NCBI GenBank assembly: GCA_951406725.2
Contig: OX597816.1
Span: 116,374,001-116,438,000 of the forward strand
Length of the DNA stretch: 64,000 bases
Direction of reading: 5' to 3'
From: Octopus vulgaris
Taxonomy: Eukaryota
This document shows positions 24,656-40,563 of the stretch, piece after piece (within the stretch, counting starts at the first letter, position 1; every line of letters begins with the position of its first letter). A program made the translations under genes and the position numbers. The notes under the pieces are model-generated. The model searched no databases. It was not told the origin of the DNA and saw only the letters and a list, made by a program, of their open reading frames with translations.

Positions 24656-25273
24656 CAGGTTTATTTTAAAAAATGAACCGATTTCATTACGCAATATTTT
24701 AATAAGGAATAGCAATAGAAAATTTCGACTAAGTCTCAAGTATTTACTCACAATCGACTTTTATTTCTGCGATAAGAGAATTCATCCCAGACGTGTATCA
24801 GCAGATTCGCATGACTTCACTTTTCAACAAGATGGTGCACCGCCCCATTGGGACCTGATGGTTCGAGCTTTTTAAAAGGAAAATGTACCCCAGCGATGAT
24901 TGGTCGGAAAGGAGCCCAAGACCTTGTTCTTTGTGTTTGGCTTCACCGTGTGTGATTTTTTTTTTCTTGTGGAGATATGTAGAAGATCGCGTTTATGTTT
25001 CAGCGCTACCCACTACCCTCGATTACTTTAAACATCGAATAACAACAGCGATCAACTCAGTGGATCGTGATATGCTGCTAGGCATCTGGAAGGAATTCTC
25101 TTATCGCATTGATGTTACTCGTGCTGCAGGTGGTGGCCACATTGAACACTTATAAGACAAGAAATAAAAGTTGATTGTGAGTAAATATTTGTGACCTAGC
25201 TGGAGTTTTCTATTACTTTTCCTTATTAAAATATTGCGTGATGAAATTGGTTCATTCTTTGTGAATAACCCTG
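24656..25273 (+). mobile_element. Internally deleted Tc1/mariner element (probably DD41D/rosa-type) with ~110-bp TIRs
   Basis: TA|caggtttatt...aataaccctg|TA; long TIRs; FTFQQDGAPPHWDLMVRAF...WRYVEDRVYV...RIDVTRAAGGGHIEHL*. Confidence 0.8.
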
Positions 25274-25293
25274 TATGTATACGTATATGTGTG

Positions 25294-25349
<56 letters not shown>

Positions 25350-25357
25350 TATACATA

Positions 25358-26600
25358 TTGGGTCATCCCATAAACAATGTGGTTTTTCAATTGTATGAAC
25401 TAAAAGTCGGAGTGGGACGGGATAAGCTATCTGCATCAACTTCCTATAAAAGCAGGTAGTAATTTTACCTTGTACTTATTCTTGGTGAAAGTTTTGAAGA
25501 TATAATGTGACAAAGGAGCATATTCAGCATATTTTGCTTTATGAGTTCCATAAAGGCAATAATGCAACGGAAAGTGCGAGGATATTAATGCAGTATACGG
25601 GGATCGGACAATAAGCGTAAATCAGTGTCAACAGTGATTCCAGAAATTCCGAGCCGGAAACTACAACCTAGAATACGAGCCTCATCCTGGACGATCTGTA
25701 GAGCTCGAGGAGGTCGTCCTGCAAACTCTGGTGGAACAAAATCACATCGTAACTGTTCAGAAACTAGCAGAGAAGCTTGGAATTGGTCATTCAACCATTC
25801 ATCGACACCTGTGCGCCGTCAGAAAATCAGCAAATTGGTTAAATGGGTTCCTTACAAACGTTCCGAGTTTAATTGCGCGCAGAGAGTTAATGTGTGATCT
25901 TCTTTGTGGTCACGTCTCACGAATGAACCTTTTTTTGGACGGAATAGTGACTGGTTACGAGAAATGGGTTCTTTATAAAAATGTCAAGCTCCGAAGACAG
26001 TGAGTAGGGAAAGGAGAAACGCCGGCACCCCAGGCTAACGAAGGTCTTCACCCACGTAAGGTGTTGTTATCTGCTTGGTGGGATATGAAAGATTTATTTC
26101 ACTTTGAACTTTTAAACCCAAACCAAACGATAACAAATGAGATCTCCCGTGAGCAGCTTGAGCGGTTTAAGTCAATGCTAGAAGAAAAATGACCATCTTT
26201 GGTTTCAAGATGAAAGGTGTTCTTCCATAAGGATAATGCTCGGTCACATACAGCGAGGATGACATTCCAAAGGCTGAGGCAGTTTGAATAGAAAACGATG
26301 CCCCACCCACCATATTTGCTGGACATTGCCCCATCTGATTATCATTTATTCCGCAGTCTTCAAAATCAATTGGACGGAAAAAATATGAATTCTGTACACG
26401 AGGTCAGAACAATACTGGAGGAGTATTTTTCATCATGGACAAGTGAATTTTGAAAGAGGGGCCTTGCAAGTCTACCAGACAGATGGAAGTGCATAGTAGA
26501 AAATGAAGGAGAGTATATTTTAGATTACAAAAGAGACTTTTATCTTAATTTTGAAAAATAAAGGAATTATAATAAACTGCATTTTTATGGGATGACCTAA
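25358..26600 (+). mobile_element. Full-length but pseudogenised mariner (DD34D)
   Basis: TIRs ttgggtcatcccataaa / tttatgggatgacctaa with TA flanks; EHIQHILLYEFHKG, KWVPY, IVTGYEKWVLY, HKDNARSH, PHPPYLLDIAPSDYHLF; stops and frameshifts. Confidence 0.92.
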
Positions 26601-26765
26601 TATATATGTGTGTGTGTGAATGTGTAGATGTATGTATATATATATATATTTAAATAACATATATATACTCATATACACTGGTGTATATATATGTGTGTGT
26701 GCATAATATATGTATATATATATATCTATATATACATATACATATATATATGCATACATGTATAA

Positions 26766-26796
<31 letters not shown>

Positions 26797-26854
26797 CATA
26801 CATACAAACAAACAAACATACATACATACATACATACATACATACATACATACA

Positions 26855-26885
<31 letters not shown>

Positions 26886-27630
26886 GTACATCTATAAGAC
26901 AGCTAATTGCCAGAGCTGCGAGATCAGCGTATATAGATCGCGTTATAGTAATCATTCTACTTCTCTGTAATGTGAGTTCAAATCTTGACAAGGTTAACTT
27001 TCTTTTTCAACCCTCAACGTCATAAGCAACCTTACCAGTCCCATGCATGCACCGTGATGGTGTCGATTCTTCTGTTTCTTTCGTTCTTAATTTATTCCGG
27101 AAGAAAGCAGCTGTAGTCAGATCAGGACAAGCATGATTGCTGCCAAATCTACATAAGTGGGCAAAACACGGTGTATATCAGGATGGCACTCCTACAAATC
27201 TAAACATAAAGTTAAAGGTTTAAATCAGGGCAAAGCTAAACACACAATAACACACACGCACATACGAGCATAAATATCTGTTTGTTTACACGTGTGTGTG
27301 AGTGTGTGGGGGTGTGTATGTGTGTGTGTATGTGTGTGTGCGTGTCTGTGTGTGTGTGTGTTTGTATGTGTGTGTGTGTATTTCCCTGTATGAACATTTG
27401 TAGGCATGTATGCGAGCGTATGTGTGGGAAAGCAGTAATAGTGGGCATATAATGCACAATTTACGATGTCAATTTTTCTAAATATATGTTGCAATTAATT
27501 ATCTATTGTATGTAAAGTGTGTATTGGTACCATTTATGATGTGCTCATACGAATGTGTGCTTTTATATTCATGAGGTTTAACTACGTGTACTGATATATG
27601 TGTGTATATATGTGTGTGTGTGTGTATATG

Positions 27631-27703
<73 letters not shown>

Positions 27704-28205
27704 TATATATGTATATATATGTGTGTATGTATATATGTATGTATGTAGGTATCTGTGTATGTATGTATGTATGTATGTATGTATGTATGCATGTATGCAT
27801 GTATGTATGCATGCATGTTTATTATATAGCTATCTATTACTTCCAGATATATGTCTATATATAGCTGTGTATATTGATAAAGTTAAAAATATGCATATAC
27901 ATACACTAACATACATTCATACACAAGGAAATACAAGGACATAAGCATAATATATTTTTAAAAATATTTTGCAAGAAGTGAGAAACTAATAATCTATAGA
28001 TTCTATAATATTCTCAAACTATGATATATATAGTTTTCTGCTATTCATTCGTCCATTCCTTCATTCCTTCATTCTATTGGAGTTTTCTGTCTTTGGATTG
28101 TGTCTGTGGTCTTAACAGAACATTCAGGTCTATTTAATTCACTCGCCTCTTCAACTTCAATGGCGCTATGTACATATAAGCATTTATCTCTCACTCTCTT
28201 TCTCT

Positions 28206-28253
<48 letters not shown>

Positions 28254-28366
28254 AGAGAGAGATACATACATACATGCATACATACAAACAAACATATATA
28301 TATACACACACATATATATATATATATATAAATAAATAGATATATATATATAAATAAATAAATATA

Positions 28367-28440
<74 letters not shown>

Positions 28441-28575
28441 GTAATTATACATAGTTATGCTGTAACTTTAGAAGTTACAACATAACTATGAAGTCAAAAT
28501 TAAAATTAAGGATACAAGTCCTTTTTGATTCATAGTTAACTAATCATGTAAGCAACTGTACATACACACATACAT

Positions 28576-28635
<60 letters not shown>

Positions 28636-28713
28636 TATACGTATATAAATATATGTATGTATAATTATTTTCGTTAATATTATACACATATATACATGGT
28701 CATGTGTATATCC

Positions 28714-28763
<50 letters not shown>

Positions 28764-28895
28764 CATACATATATATCTTTATATATAAATGCGTGCAGTG
28801 CATACTCATATACATATATATACACATATACGCATATACAGACAAATTTTTACATGAATACTTGTATATACATACATATATATATATATAATATG

Positions 28896-28932
<37 letters not shown>

Positions 28933-28948
28933 GTACAAGGCTATTGAT

Positions 28949-29021
<73 letters not shown>

Positions 29022-29163
29022 GCAATAAAGATTCAAGTTAATTTAAATGAATTTACTTGAATATGGTACCTAACTTAGATGCACCAAAAAAACTATACTG
29101 ATTTAACAATACAGTAATGTGGGGTGATTATAAGCGAGAATGAAGCAACAAGAATGGATAGGT

Positions 29164-29254
29164 TTTTAGTACAATCGTTTCATACAAGGACAGGTTTTAT
29201 TAAAAGTTGCAAAGATTACAGCATATAAACGTGTCCCGTACTCATCAGCTAAAA
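29164..29254 (-). ncRNA. Type I hammerhead ribozyme with intact core and extended stem II
   Basis: UUUUAG-CUGAUGA-GUACGGGACA...UGUCCUUGUAU-GAAAC-GAUU-GUA-CUAAAA: 6-bp stem I, ~10-bp basal stem II, quasi-palindromic stem III. Confidence 0.78.
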
Positions 29255-29829
29255 TATCATGTGAGTTCTCTAGACATCCTAGTGGTTGAGGCTATACTCA
29301 TGAAGTAATGTAGATAATTAAGTAACATAAACAGATTTCAAAAGTTCATTAAAGTTCTTTAAAGATGATGTACAGTCTTATCACAGAATTTTAAAAAAGT
29401 CTTAATAGCATCACAGAGAAGGTGACCTAATCCATAGTGCACATATGAATTTCCAGAGATATGATGAGGGATTACATACTCACAGAAGGCAAATTTATCC
29501 ATTGTTAATTACAACGAGGTGGGTTTCAATTCCTGCTCGTTGTAATTAACAATGGATAAATTTGCCTTCTGTGAGTATGTAATCCCTCATCATATCTCTG
29601 GAAATTCATATGTGCACTATGGATTAGGTCACCTTCTCTGTGATGCTATTAAGACTTTTTAAAATTCTGTGATACTGTACATCATCTTTAAAGAACTTTA
29701 ATGAACTTTTGAAATCGTTTATGTTACTTAATTATCTACATTACTTCATATATAGCCTCAACCACTAGGATGTCTAGAGAACTCACATGTATTTAGCTGA
29801 TAGTACGGGACACGTTTATATGCTGTAAT
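29215..29829. repeat. ~300-bp-arm palindrome with a 17-nt spacer
   Basis: Arms 29215-29518 and 29536-29829; they differ mainly by small indels. Confidence 0.95.
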
Positions 29830-30189
29830 ATATATATATATATATATATATATATTTCTATCAATAGCCTTGTACGTGTATATATATATATATATATATA
29901 TATGTACCTGCAACTTCAGACAGTCTCTGGTTTCAATGAATAATGTTATACTTTGGTCTGCGAATGAAGTTATTTTAATCAAGCATGATAATTATTTCTG
30001 TTTCAAATTACACATTGAATTATATAAATTATCATTTGCCTTTTTCTGTAGTGGTGTTGTGGGGTACCCTAAGAACAGTGTCATTTAACGTACAGAGAAT
30101 ATATACATTCCCATGTGTGCATATGTATAAGTGGACATCTAACATATATTACATATAATATATATGTTGACATATGTATCTGTGTATGT

Positions 30190-30258
30190 GGATCATCATC
30201 ATTTAACGTCCGCTTTCCATGTGGGTATGGGTTGGACGGTTTGAAAGGCTCTGGGTAG
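30190..30258 (-). mobile_element. RTE LINE/SINE 3' tail fragment
   Basis: catcatcatttaacgtccgctttccatg...atgggttggacggtttg matches the 3' end at ~49330; another such tail lies at ~46938-47045. Confidence 0.7.
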
Positions 30259-30357
30259 ACACACACACACACAAACACACATATATATGTATCTATGTAT
30301 GTTACAACATAATTGTGTATAATTACGTATTTGTATAAATATATATTCACATATGTT

Positions 30358-30406
<49 letters not shown>

Positions 30407-30457
30407 ATATATATATCTGTGTGTGATTGTGTGTGTATATATATATATGTATGTATA

Positions 30458-30556
<99 letters not shown>

Positions 30557-30820
30557 ATGTAAATATACGTTTGTGTATGTGTGCGTTCATATACCCATAT
30601 ATGCATATATAAGTATGTGTATTGATGCTACAAATTGTAATACATTGCAATATAGTTACACACTAACTTAATTTCAGACATGACAACTTGTGCGGAAATA
30701 TATCTTGTTTTTATATAGATATGCATTTAATAATTTAATACTTCTTTAATCTGTTAATATTTGCAGAATTATATTCCATGTCTGTGGCATATTCAGTATG
30801 ATTATCCATATGTATATTAT

Positions 30821-30879
<59 letters not shown>

Positions 30880-31240
30880 AACGTATATATGAGTATATGT
30901 GTTTATGTATATTTCTACATATATATATGTGTGTGTGAGTGTGCATACTATATGTACATTTATGAAAATGGTATTTTTAAGATGGAACATAAATGCAACA
31001 CAAGATATAAAAATTAGCTCAGAAAATATTAGGTACAAATCATTTTAAAACCAAGTTATATTTACCTTGTATATTTTGAGCTATTTCTTACAGCTTCGTT
31101 TCCATTTGAGTCATTTTTAAGAAAATTTCTTTTCAAATATTTCAAAGCCACAATAAAGAAAAATATGTATATATATATATTTATATATATATATGTGTCT
31201 CTGTGTGTGTGTGTGTGTGCGTGTGTATGTTCAATAGGTT

Positions 31241-31271
<31 letters not shown>

Positions 31272-31594
31272 CCGTGTCAATCTATATGTGTAAATGTGTG
31301 TAGGTACATGCATATTGATTATCAACATATCTATATCTATAAATATATATTCTTATATACATTAAAAGGCATACCCATACAAATATATACACACACATAT
31401 ATATATATTAGGGTAAGCGCCAAGCTGCCATATGACATATACCTAGATACCTACATACATACATATATGTATATATATATGCACAAATATATATACATGT
31501 GGGTGTATACACATGCATATATGTATGTGGGTATGTATATCTATTTATCTATCTGGATATACATACATATAATATATACATATAGCTATGTATG

Positions 31595-31658
<64 letters not shown>

Positions 31659-32133
31659 CATAGCTATATGTATGTACATATAATATATGTATATATACAT
31701 ATAAGTATATATAAGTATGTATGTATAATATTCAGACAAATATACACAAATAAATATGTACCTGTGTGTGTGATGTGTGTGTGTGTGTGTGCAGTGTGTG
31801 TACGTGTGTGTGTGCATGTGTTTGCATATATGTGTTTGTATGTAGTGTGACACAAACCCATTGAACATATATACACACTAATACACATACATTCTTTTAT
31901 GAATAAAGGAATATACATATTTAGCAAATTATATGTATCATATTTTTACATTCACTTGAACATGTCCACATGTGTAACACATTTTCATGTAAGGTAACAT
32001 TTGTCCAGGACAAGATATGTTTTCACAGATTCGAAACACGGGTCACTATTTGCATGATGATGATACTTACTTAGGACTATCATTTGATATCAAGACACGG
32101 ACACAGTAACCTACAACTGCACTAATACACTGG

Positions 32134-32291
<158 letters not shown>

Positions 32292-32509
32292 CAGACAGAT
32301 AGATAGATAGATGTATAGATATAAATAAACATATTTCCAGACATTTGTACATTACAGCATATGCTTTATATGCACTTTTGACAAGTTGTGGTGCACCTGA
32401 GCACCACAATTATTATTATTATTTTAATACACATACCTATAGATGTTGATAAACAAATATACTTATGAGGATTCCATAGAGAATGAATGTAAAATGCTGC
32501 TGGTGATAA

Positions 32510-32606
<97 letters not shown>

Positions 32607-32646
32607 TATATATATATATATTACTGGCATATTGCCTCTCCCAAGG

Positions 32647-32685
<39 letters not shown>

Positions 32686-32713
32686 ACTTACATATGTATG
32701 TATACATATAAAA

Positions 32714-32754
<41 letters not shown>

Positions 32755-32837
32755 ACATATATATATATATGTGTGTGTATATATGTGTATGTATATTTAT
32801 ACACACACATATATACATATATATATATGTGTGTGTG

Positions 32838-33153
32838 AAGGTGCATGGCTTAGTGATTAGTGTATTTGGCTCATAATCATAAGGTCATATGTTCAATTCA
32901 TAGCAACTCATTGTGTCCTTGAACAAGGCACCTTATTTCACATTGCTCCACTTAGCTGGCAAAAATGAGTTATACCTGTATGTCAAAGGGCCAGCCTTGA
33001 CACACCCTGTGTCATGCTGAATATCCCTCAGAACTGCATTAAGGGTACATGTGTTTGTGGAGTGCTCGGCTCCTTGCACATTAATTTCACAAGTAAGCTG
33101 TTCCAGTGATTGGATGAAATGGAACCCTTACTGTTGTAGCAGATGGAGTGCCA
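32838..33153 (+). mobile_element. tRNA-derived SINE (family C)
   Basis: tggcttagtgattag / gttcaattc head, gtgtccttgaacaaggcac, then aagggccagccttg...gatggagtgcc; other copies at ~8440-9062, 42621-42765 (head) and 60030-60305. Confidence 0.75.
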
Positions 33154-33308
33154 ATATACATACACATTTTAATGTTTCTGTTTATGTTCAGCTTATCATA
33201 TAAAAAATCTGATGGGTTACTCTATAATTTTGTAGAGTACAAATTTATTATTCTTCAACAATAATATTGTTGACAATAACTAAAAAGTTTCAGTTAGCTA
33301 AGCTGAAT

Positions 33309-33361
<53 letters not shown>

Positions 33362-33371
33362 CATATATATG

Positions 33372-33501
<130 letters not shown>

Positions 33502-33905
33502 ATAGATAGACATAGATACATATTCCATGTAATAGATGTTGACACAGCTGGCAGAAAATTCGAAGCCACTTTCAACAACATTCTTGTATAAAGAAGTCGT
33601 GCTGTACACAAGTATAAAACAAATTAATGTGAAATTGTATTTATTAAAACTGAATATAAAAGCAAACATTAATATATGTCTGTATATAAGGGGTGTAAAG
33701 TGGCCAATATCATATTCATAATCATGGCACACAATTGTCGATGGTAGTGCATATATTTTCATGTGTGCAATTTTAGATTATTATACAGAGATATATTTAT
33801 CCATCCATAGACATAAATGCCTAATTACATATGTGTTTATTATTGCATATATATATATATATATACATGTATGTATATTTATCTATGAATTATCTTTCTA
33901 AATAT

Positions 33906-33981
<76 letters not shown>

Positions 33982-34236
33982 GTATATACTACATACAAGC
34001 ATGCAAACATATATACATATATATAAGATATATCCATACACCTATATCTGTCACTTCATATCAGGAGACATGACTTCATAGTGAGGTTTTATAAGATGTT
34101 ATTAAAATGTTTAGTATCAAGAAAATCAACTTCCCATAAAATATAAACTTAAAGAATTCCGTCCATATTTGACTATATTGTACATAAGATATAAAAACAT
34201 TTACAGATATGGACTAATATATTTATATAGCTTCAC

Positions 34237-34311
<75 letters not shown>

Positions 34312-34335
34312 TCTTCTATACACAATCACACACAC

Positions 34336-34398
<63 letters not shown>

Positions 34399-34567
34399 TA
34401 TATATATGTATATATGTATGTATATATAAATGTATATATATATGTATATATAAATGTATATATATATATATATAAACATATATATAATATATACACATAT
34501 ATATATGTATATATATATGTATATATATATACATATGTATATATATATATATGTATATATATATGTA

Positions 34568-34608
<41 letters not shown>

Positions 34609-34961
34609 ATATGTATTTGCCCTGCTATTAGGATTAAACTACAAAGTCTCTGTCAATACCGTTCATGTTATAATAATAAATTTGTACTCTACAAAATGTA
34701 TTCAGTAATCCTTCAATTCATGTAAAACAGTTTTTTATTATAAATATAAGCATAAACATATAAACATATGTATTTGCATATATATATATGTATGTGTTTT
34801 TTATATATATGTGTGTGTATGTGTGTTTGTGTTTATATATATAAACACATACATACACTCAAATATATATACATATACTTGAAAATAGTACTCAAATACT
34901 TCAGATAGAGTAGTATGCTTTATATATATATATATATATATATATGGAGAGAGAGAGAGAG

Positions 34962-35040
<79 letters not shown>

Positions 35041-35463
35041 CAGATGCATAGGTGTAGATTTAGATATATAATTATAATGAGAATGAACATAGAAGTGTAT
35101 ACTTTTGGATATATACAGATTTTATACCTTCTCAAAATGTTTAACATACATTATTGTAGAGTGACATTAACTACATACTTGCCTAATTATGTACTTAATA
35201 AAAAGCTTATTGTTCAATATATATACAATGTATAAAATAAAAAATTTTAAGACTGCATGAATTTTTTATAACGTAAAAGTATCTGCATATATAAAGTGTG
35301 TGTGTCAATGTATATATATTGTGTATCATCTCGATTGAAATAGATTTTGAGTGGACTGTCTGTCTTTGCAGTATTCAGTACAAAATACAATTAAATATTT
35401 CTGTATTACTTTCTTTTAACTGTTTTCACAATGATCATCTTCAGCTTAGATCATCGATTATTC

Positions 35464-35496
<33 letters not shown>

Positions 35497-35685
35497 TATA
35501 TCATCATCATCATATATATATATATATATATAAATACCATCATATATAAATATATACAAATATATATATCATCATCATAATCATATATATATATCATCAT
35601 CATATATCATTATATATCATATATATATGTGTGTGTGTGTGTATGTGTGTGTGTGTAAATATATATACATACATATATAATCATT

Positions 35686-35738
<53 letters not shown>

Positions 35739-36058
35739 AAGATAGACAGATAGCTTTGCATACATATGAGTGTGTTGACAGATAGGTGTGAGTGTACATA
35801 TTTATGTATATATATATATTTATATGAATAAATACACATTTATGTATGTATATATATACATGTGTATATAATACTTGTATAAATATATATTTACAATATA
35901 CCTATATATATGGATATATATATATATTTGTATATATGATGTATATATATATATGTATATATACTAACATATATAAGTCTATATATACATAATCACTCAC
36001 ACAAGCATAAATGTGCACAAATGTTTACTTTTTTGCATATGAGTGTAAATACATACAT

Positions 36059-36109
<51 letters not shown>

Positions 36110-37878
36110 CGCACACATATATATATAAAAATACATACACAGATGTACATATATGCACATGTACTCTTTGACGCTAAGCACACATACCCAGACACACACC
36201 CTCATGCACCAGCACAATTATATTCACTTTAGTGATTACAATAACACACTCACACTCACTCACACACACACAAACACACACACTCTCATTCCATCAACTG
36301 TATTCATAAAAGCACAGACACACACACACACACTCACATATACGCAGATGACACACTTCCTTGCATACACACAATTATACACATTGTCTCGACAACAGAA
36401 ATGGTTTACCCTCTCTCTTCCACCACGGTGCCAGTTATGATAGGTCCACAGAGTAGTTGCTTCAAACACATGCCTATCATTATATACTTAACACACCTGC
36501 TTATAGATGCTGGCACTCACACATACATACAAACACACACACACATAGAAATATGCACACGAGCACAGAGAGAAACACAAACCCACACTCACAGAAGCTT
36601 ACAATCACACTCAGTGATACATGCAAACACACGAACACACATGAACACAAATGCATATATTTATGTAGAAAGTGCCACATATGAACACATGTTTAAAGCG
36701 AGCACACCATAGAGAGATACATACAAGATAGATTCACGCAAATACAATCACTTATATACACACATTCAATCATGCACAGATGTGTTTAGTGTAAGAATTA
36801 TAGAGGCGTTAAATATATGGGTATATTTAAGCTGGACTAGAACAATTTATAGTGTAACTGTTGTTGTTATTAATGCTAGGGTGATTGTGTTAGTTCTCAC
36901 ATTTGCTGTTGTTGTTGTTGTTGTTGCTGATGTGGTTGTGATGGTGGTGGTAGTGGTGGTGATGGTGGTGGTACTGGTGGTACTGGTGGTGGTAGTGATG
37001 TTGTTTGTGTGTGTGGAGTTTGTGGTTAAGGTGGTGGTGAGGTGGTGATGGTTGTAGTGATACTTTCATATCAGCTTTAATGGTGGTGGTGGTGGTGGTG
37101 GTGGTGGTGGTGGTGATGGTGGTGGTGGTGGTGGTGGTGGTGGTGGTGGTGGTAGTGGTGTTATTGGTGTTATTGGCAGTGGTGGTGGTGGTGGTGGTGG
37201 TGGTGGTGGTGGTGGTGATGTTAATAATTTTGTTCTTAATGTTGTTGGGAGCTGTGGTTGAATTGTGGACAATTGTTATGATGATGGTATAGGTAGTAGA
37301 TGTGTTGTTGATGTTGTTATTAATGTTGGAGTAATGTAGTGGGCTGAGGGGTCTTGGGGTAGTCAAAGCGAAGGGTTCAGTGTCGATGATGTTAAAGGGG
37401 TCTTATATTTACTACTACTGTGTATATAACCTGGCAGTAATTGGACTGCAAGTGGTGGTGGTGGTGGTGGTGGTAGATAACATAGTATGGATAATATGTT
37501 TGTGTGTGTTGGTGTAAGCATGTATGTATGTGTGCATGTGTGTGTGCGTATGTGTGTCTGTGTGTGCGTGTGTGTGTGTGTGGTATTTGGTGAGGAGTTG
37601 GGCAAAGAATTGATGTTTACTGCTGCTGTCTGTATTAAAATGGTGTTGGTTTTGGTTGTGTATGGGAGTGGGGGTGGGGCATGGCGTTTGTGATGAAGAT
37701 GATGGTGTTAATGATGGTGGTAGTGATGGTGGTGGTGGTGGTGGTAGTGGCGGTGGTGATGGTGATTGCGGCGGCAGTTGTCATCATGAGAGAATCTATT
37801 CTTCACACCACTTCATTATAAGAACTCATAAACATTGTTCCTTGCCCATACAGAGTCTCTCACTTATGCGCAAGCACA

Positions 37879-37909
<31 letters not shown>

Positions 37910-38193
37910 TAGCACACATGCAGACACAAATATGTACATGCATACACAACCATATATACGCACACAAATAGAAAAGTATTTACACATATATAAACATGTA
38001 CATACATAACTACATAGACACATAGAAACATATATAGATAATTATACATACATACACATGCACAAAGACACACATATATGTTTATGTATAAGTTATATAT
38101 ATATATATATATATTTACACAAGCATACATGTACACATACCATACACATACACACACATATGTATGTATATATATATATATAAAGATAGATAT

Positions 38194-38224
<31 letters not shown>

Positions 38225-38413
38225 TATTACTTCACCAAAATATACAAAACTTCATAGATGTGAATATATATATATACAACACACTTGATCATATTGTTAT
38301 CTATATATTAACACATACACATTTTATATATATGCGTTTTATACATACATATATATATATATACATATATATATTATATATATTATATATATTTATATAT
38401 ATATATACATTTT

Positions 38414-38454
<41 letters not shown>

Positions 38455-38795
38455 TTATATATATGTATGTATATATATATATGAATATATATGTATATAT
38501 ATATGTGTGTGTGTATATATACTTTGATACTTTGATAGGTTTCGGCCATTATTGGCCCAGGCCATATGCTTATAGCTAGATAGATCGACAGAGAGCAGAC
38601 ATATGGAGAAATATATAGATTCTGATCTCTCTTTATATATAACATGGTATGTGTGTGTATCTATATATGTATATACTTATCTATGTATATACAGAGACAC
38701 AAACACAGAGAGAGGGATAGAAAACTTAGAGAAATAGACAGGCAACTAAACACCGACAGAGACATAGTTAAATAGATAGATAGATAGATAGATAC

Positions 38796-38840
<45 letters not shown>

Positions 38841-38986
38841 CTTTCTAGCATCAAATCTACTCACACACCTTTACACCCATATTTACATAGGTATATAGAG
38901 TCATAAATATACCTCTCTAAAGAAAAAAATATTTTCTGATCTACATCACACCTAACTCAATGATATATATTTGTGTATGTTAGTGC

Positions 38987-39048
<62 letters not shown>

Positions 39049-39085
39049 TTGTGAGTATGTACATACACACACACACATACATATA

Positions 39086-39132
<47 letters not shown>

Positions 39133-39627
39133 AAGTTTGGAACTCTGTATAAATATACATACACAAATTCACACATATAGTTACAGAATATAGTCATATA
39201 TGCAACAACAGACACATGCACGCGTGCATAAACACACACAAATACACAGAAACACAAGCACATATGTAGGATAGTCATACATTACTTTCCGCAATAAATT
39301 TGGACGATGGTACTCAATACTTACTCTAAAGTATATTTTTATCTTTTATGTAATATCAATTTTCACAAGAGAGCAATTCCATTTAAACTGAACACACACA
39401 CACAAACACATACACATATAGACAAGGAGGGAGAGAGAGAGAGATATAGAGAGAAAGAGAGAGGGAAAGTGAGAATGTTAGACATGCCGACTGAGAAAGA
39501 GAGATAGATTGTGCTCACTCTGGCACAAATTGCAATAAAGTGTAAAAAGTTCATAGTAGTTTTATGTAAAGTACAATAATATGTGATCAAGGCCATAGTT
39601 GCATGAGTCACTACTCAGAGTATCTCA

Positions 39628-39680
<53 letters not shown>

Positions 39681-39710
39681 ATAAATACATACACTCACGC
39701 ACACACACAC

Positions 39711-39742
<32 letters not shown>

Positions 39743-39748
<6 letters not shown>

Positions 39749-40170
39749 CTTTATTGCCCACAGGGGAGGGGACAAACAAGGACAGACACGCGGATTAAGT
39801 CGATTATATCGACCCCAGTGCATAACTGGTACTTAATTTATCGACCCCGAAAGGATGAAAGGCCAAGTCGACCTCGACGGAATTTGAACTCAGAATGTAT
39901 ATATACATGCACAATGAGCTTCTTTCAGTTTCTTATTTCATATTTATTTACTGCCCACAAGGGGTTACACAAAGAGGGTCAGACAAGGACAGACAAAATG
40001 ATTAAGTCGATTACGTAGACCCCAGTGCGTAACTGGTGCTTAATTTATCCACCCCGAAAGGATGAAAATCAAAGTCGACCTCGGCGGAATTTGAACTCAG
40101 AACGTAACGACAGACGAAATATTGCTAAGCATTTCGCCCGGCGTGCTAACGCTTCTGCTAGCTCGCCGCG
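39743..40170 (-). mobile_element. Two family-A SINE copies
   Basis: gattaagtcgatt...ccccagtgc...cccgaaaggatgaaa...gaatttgaactcagaa occurs twice. Confidence 0.85.
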
Positions 40171-40399
40171 TTTCAACTTCTATCAACCAAATTCTTTCAG
40201 TTTCTATCAACCAAATTCACTTACAAAGCTTTGATCGGATCAAGGTTTTAGCAGAAGACACTTGCTCAAGGTGCCACGGCGTGGGGCTGCACCCTGAACC
40301 ATACCTTTCAGAAGCAAGCTTCTTACCACGCAGTAACGATATACATATATATACGCACACACATTACTTACATTATTTGTCCTAATCTTGTTTCTTGGT

Positions 40400-40445
40400 A
40401 ACACAACGTTTCGGCTAATATACTCGCCACCCTTCATCAGGTGTC
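40400..40445 (-). ncRNA. Minimal type I hammerhead ribozyme
   Basis: GACAC-CUGAUGA-A-GGGUGG-cgaguaua-UUAGCC-GAAAC-GUU-GUGUU; core intact, one mismatch in stem II, stem III is the ACGU palindrome. Confidence 0.72.
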
Positions 40446-40563
40446 ATGGGGAAATTTCAAACCTGGGTTCTCATTCCTCAGTGAAACTGGTCAAGTCAAT
40501 AAACATCTCTAAAAGATCTTTGCATTTTCAAACCTTTTTTTATATATATATATATATATATAT

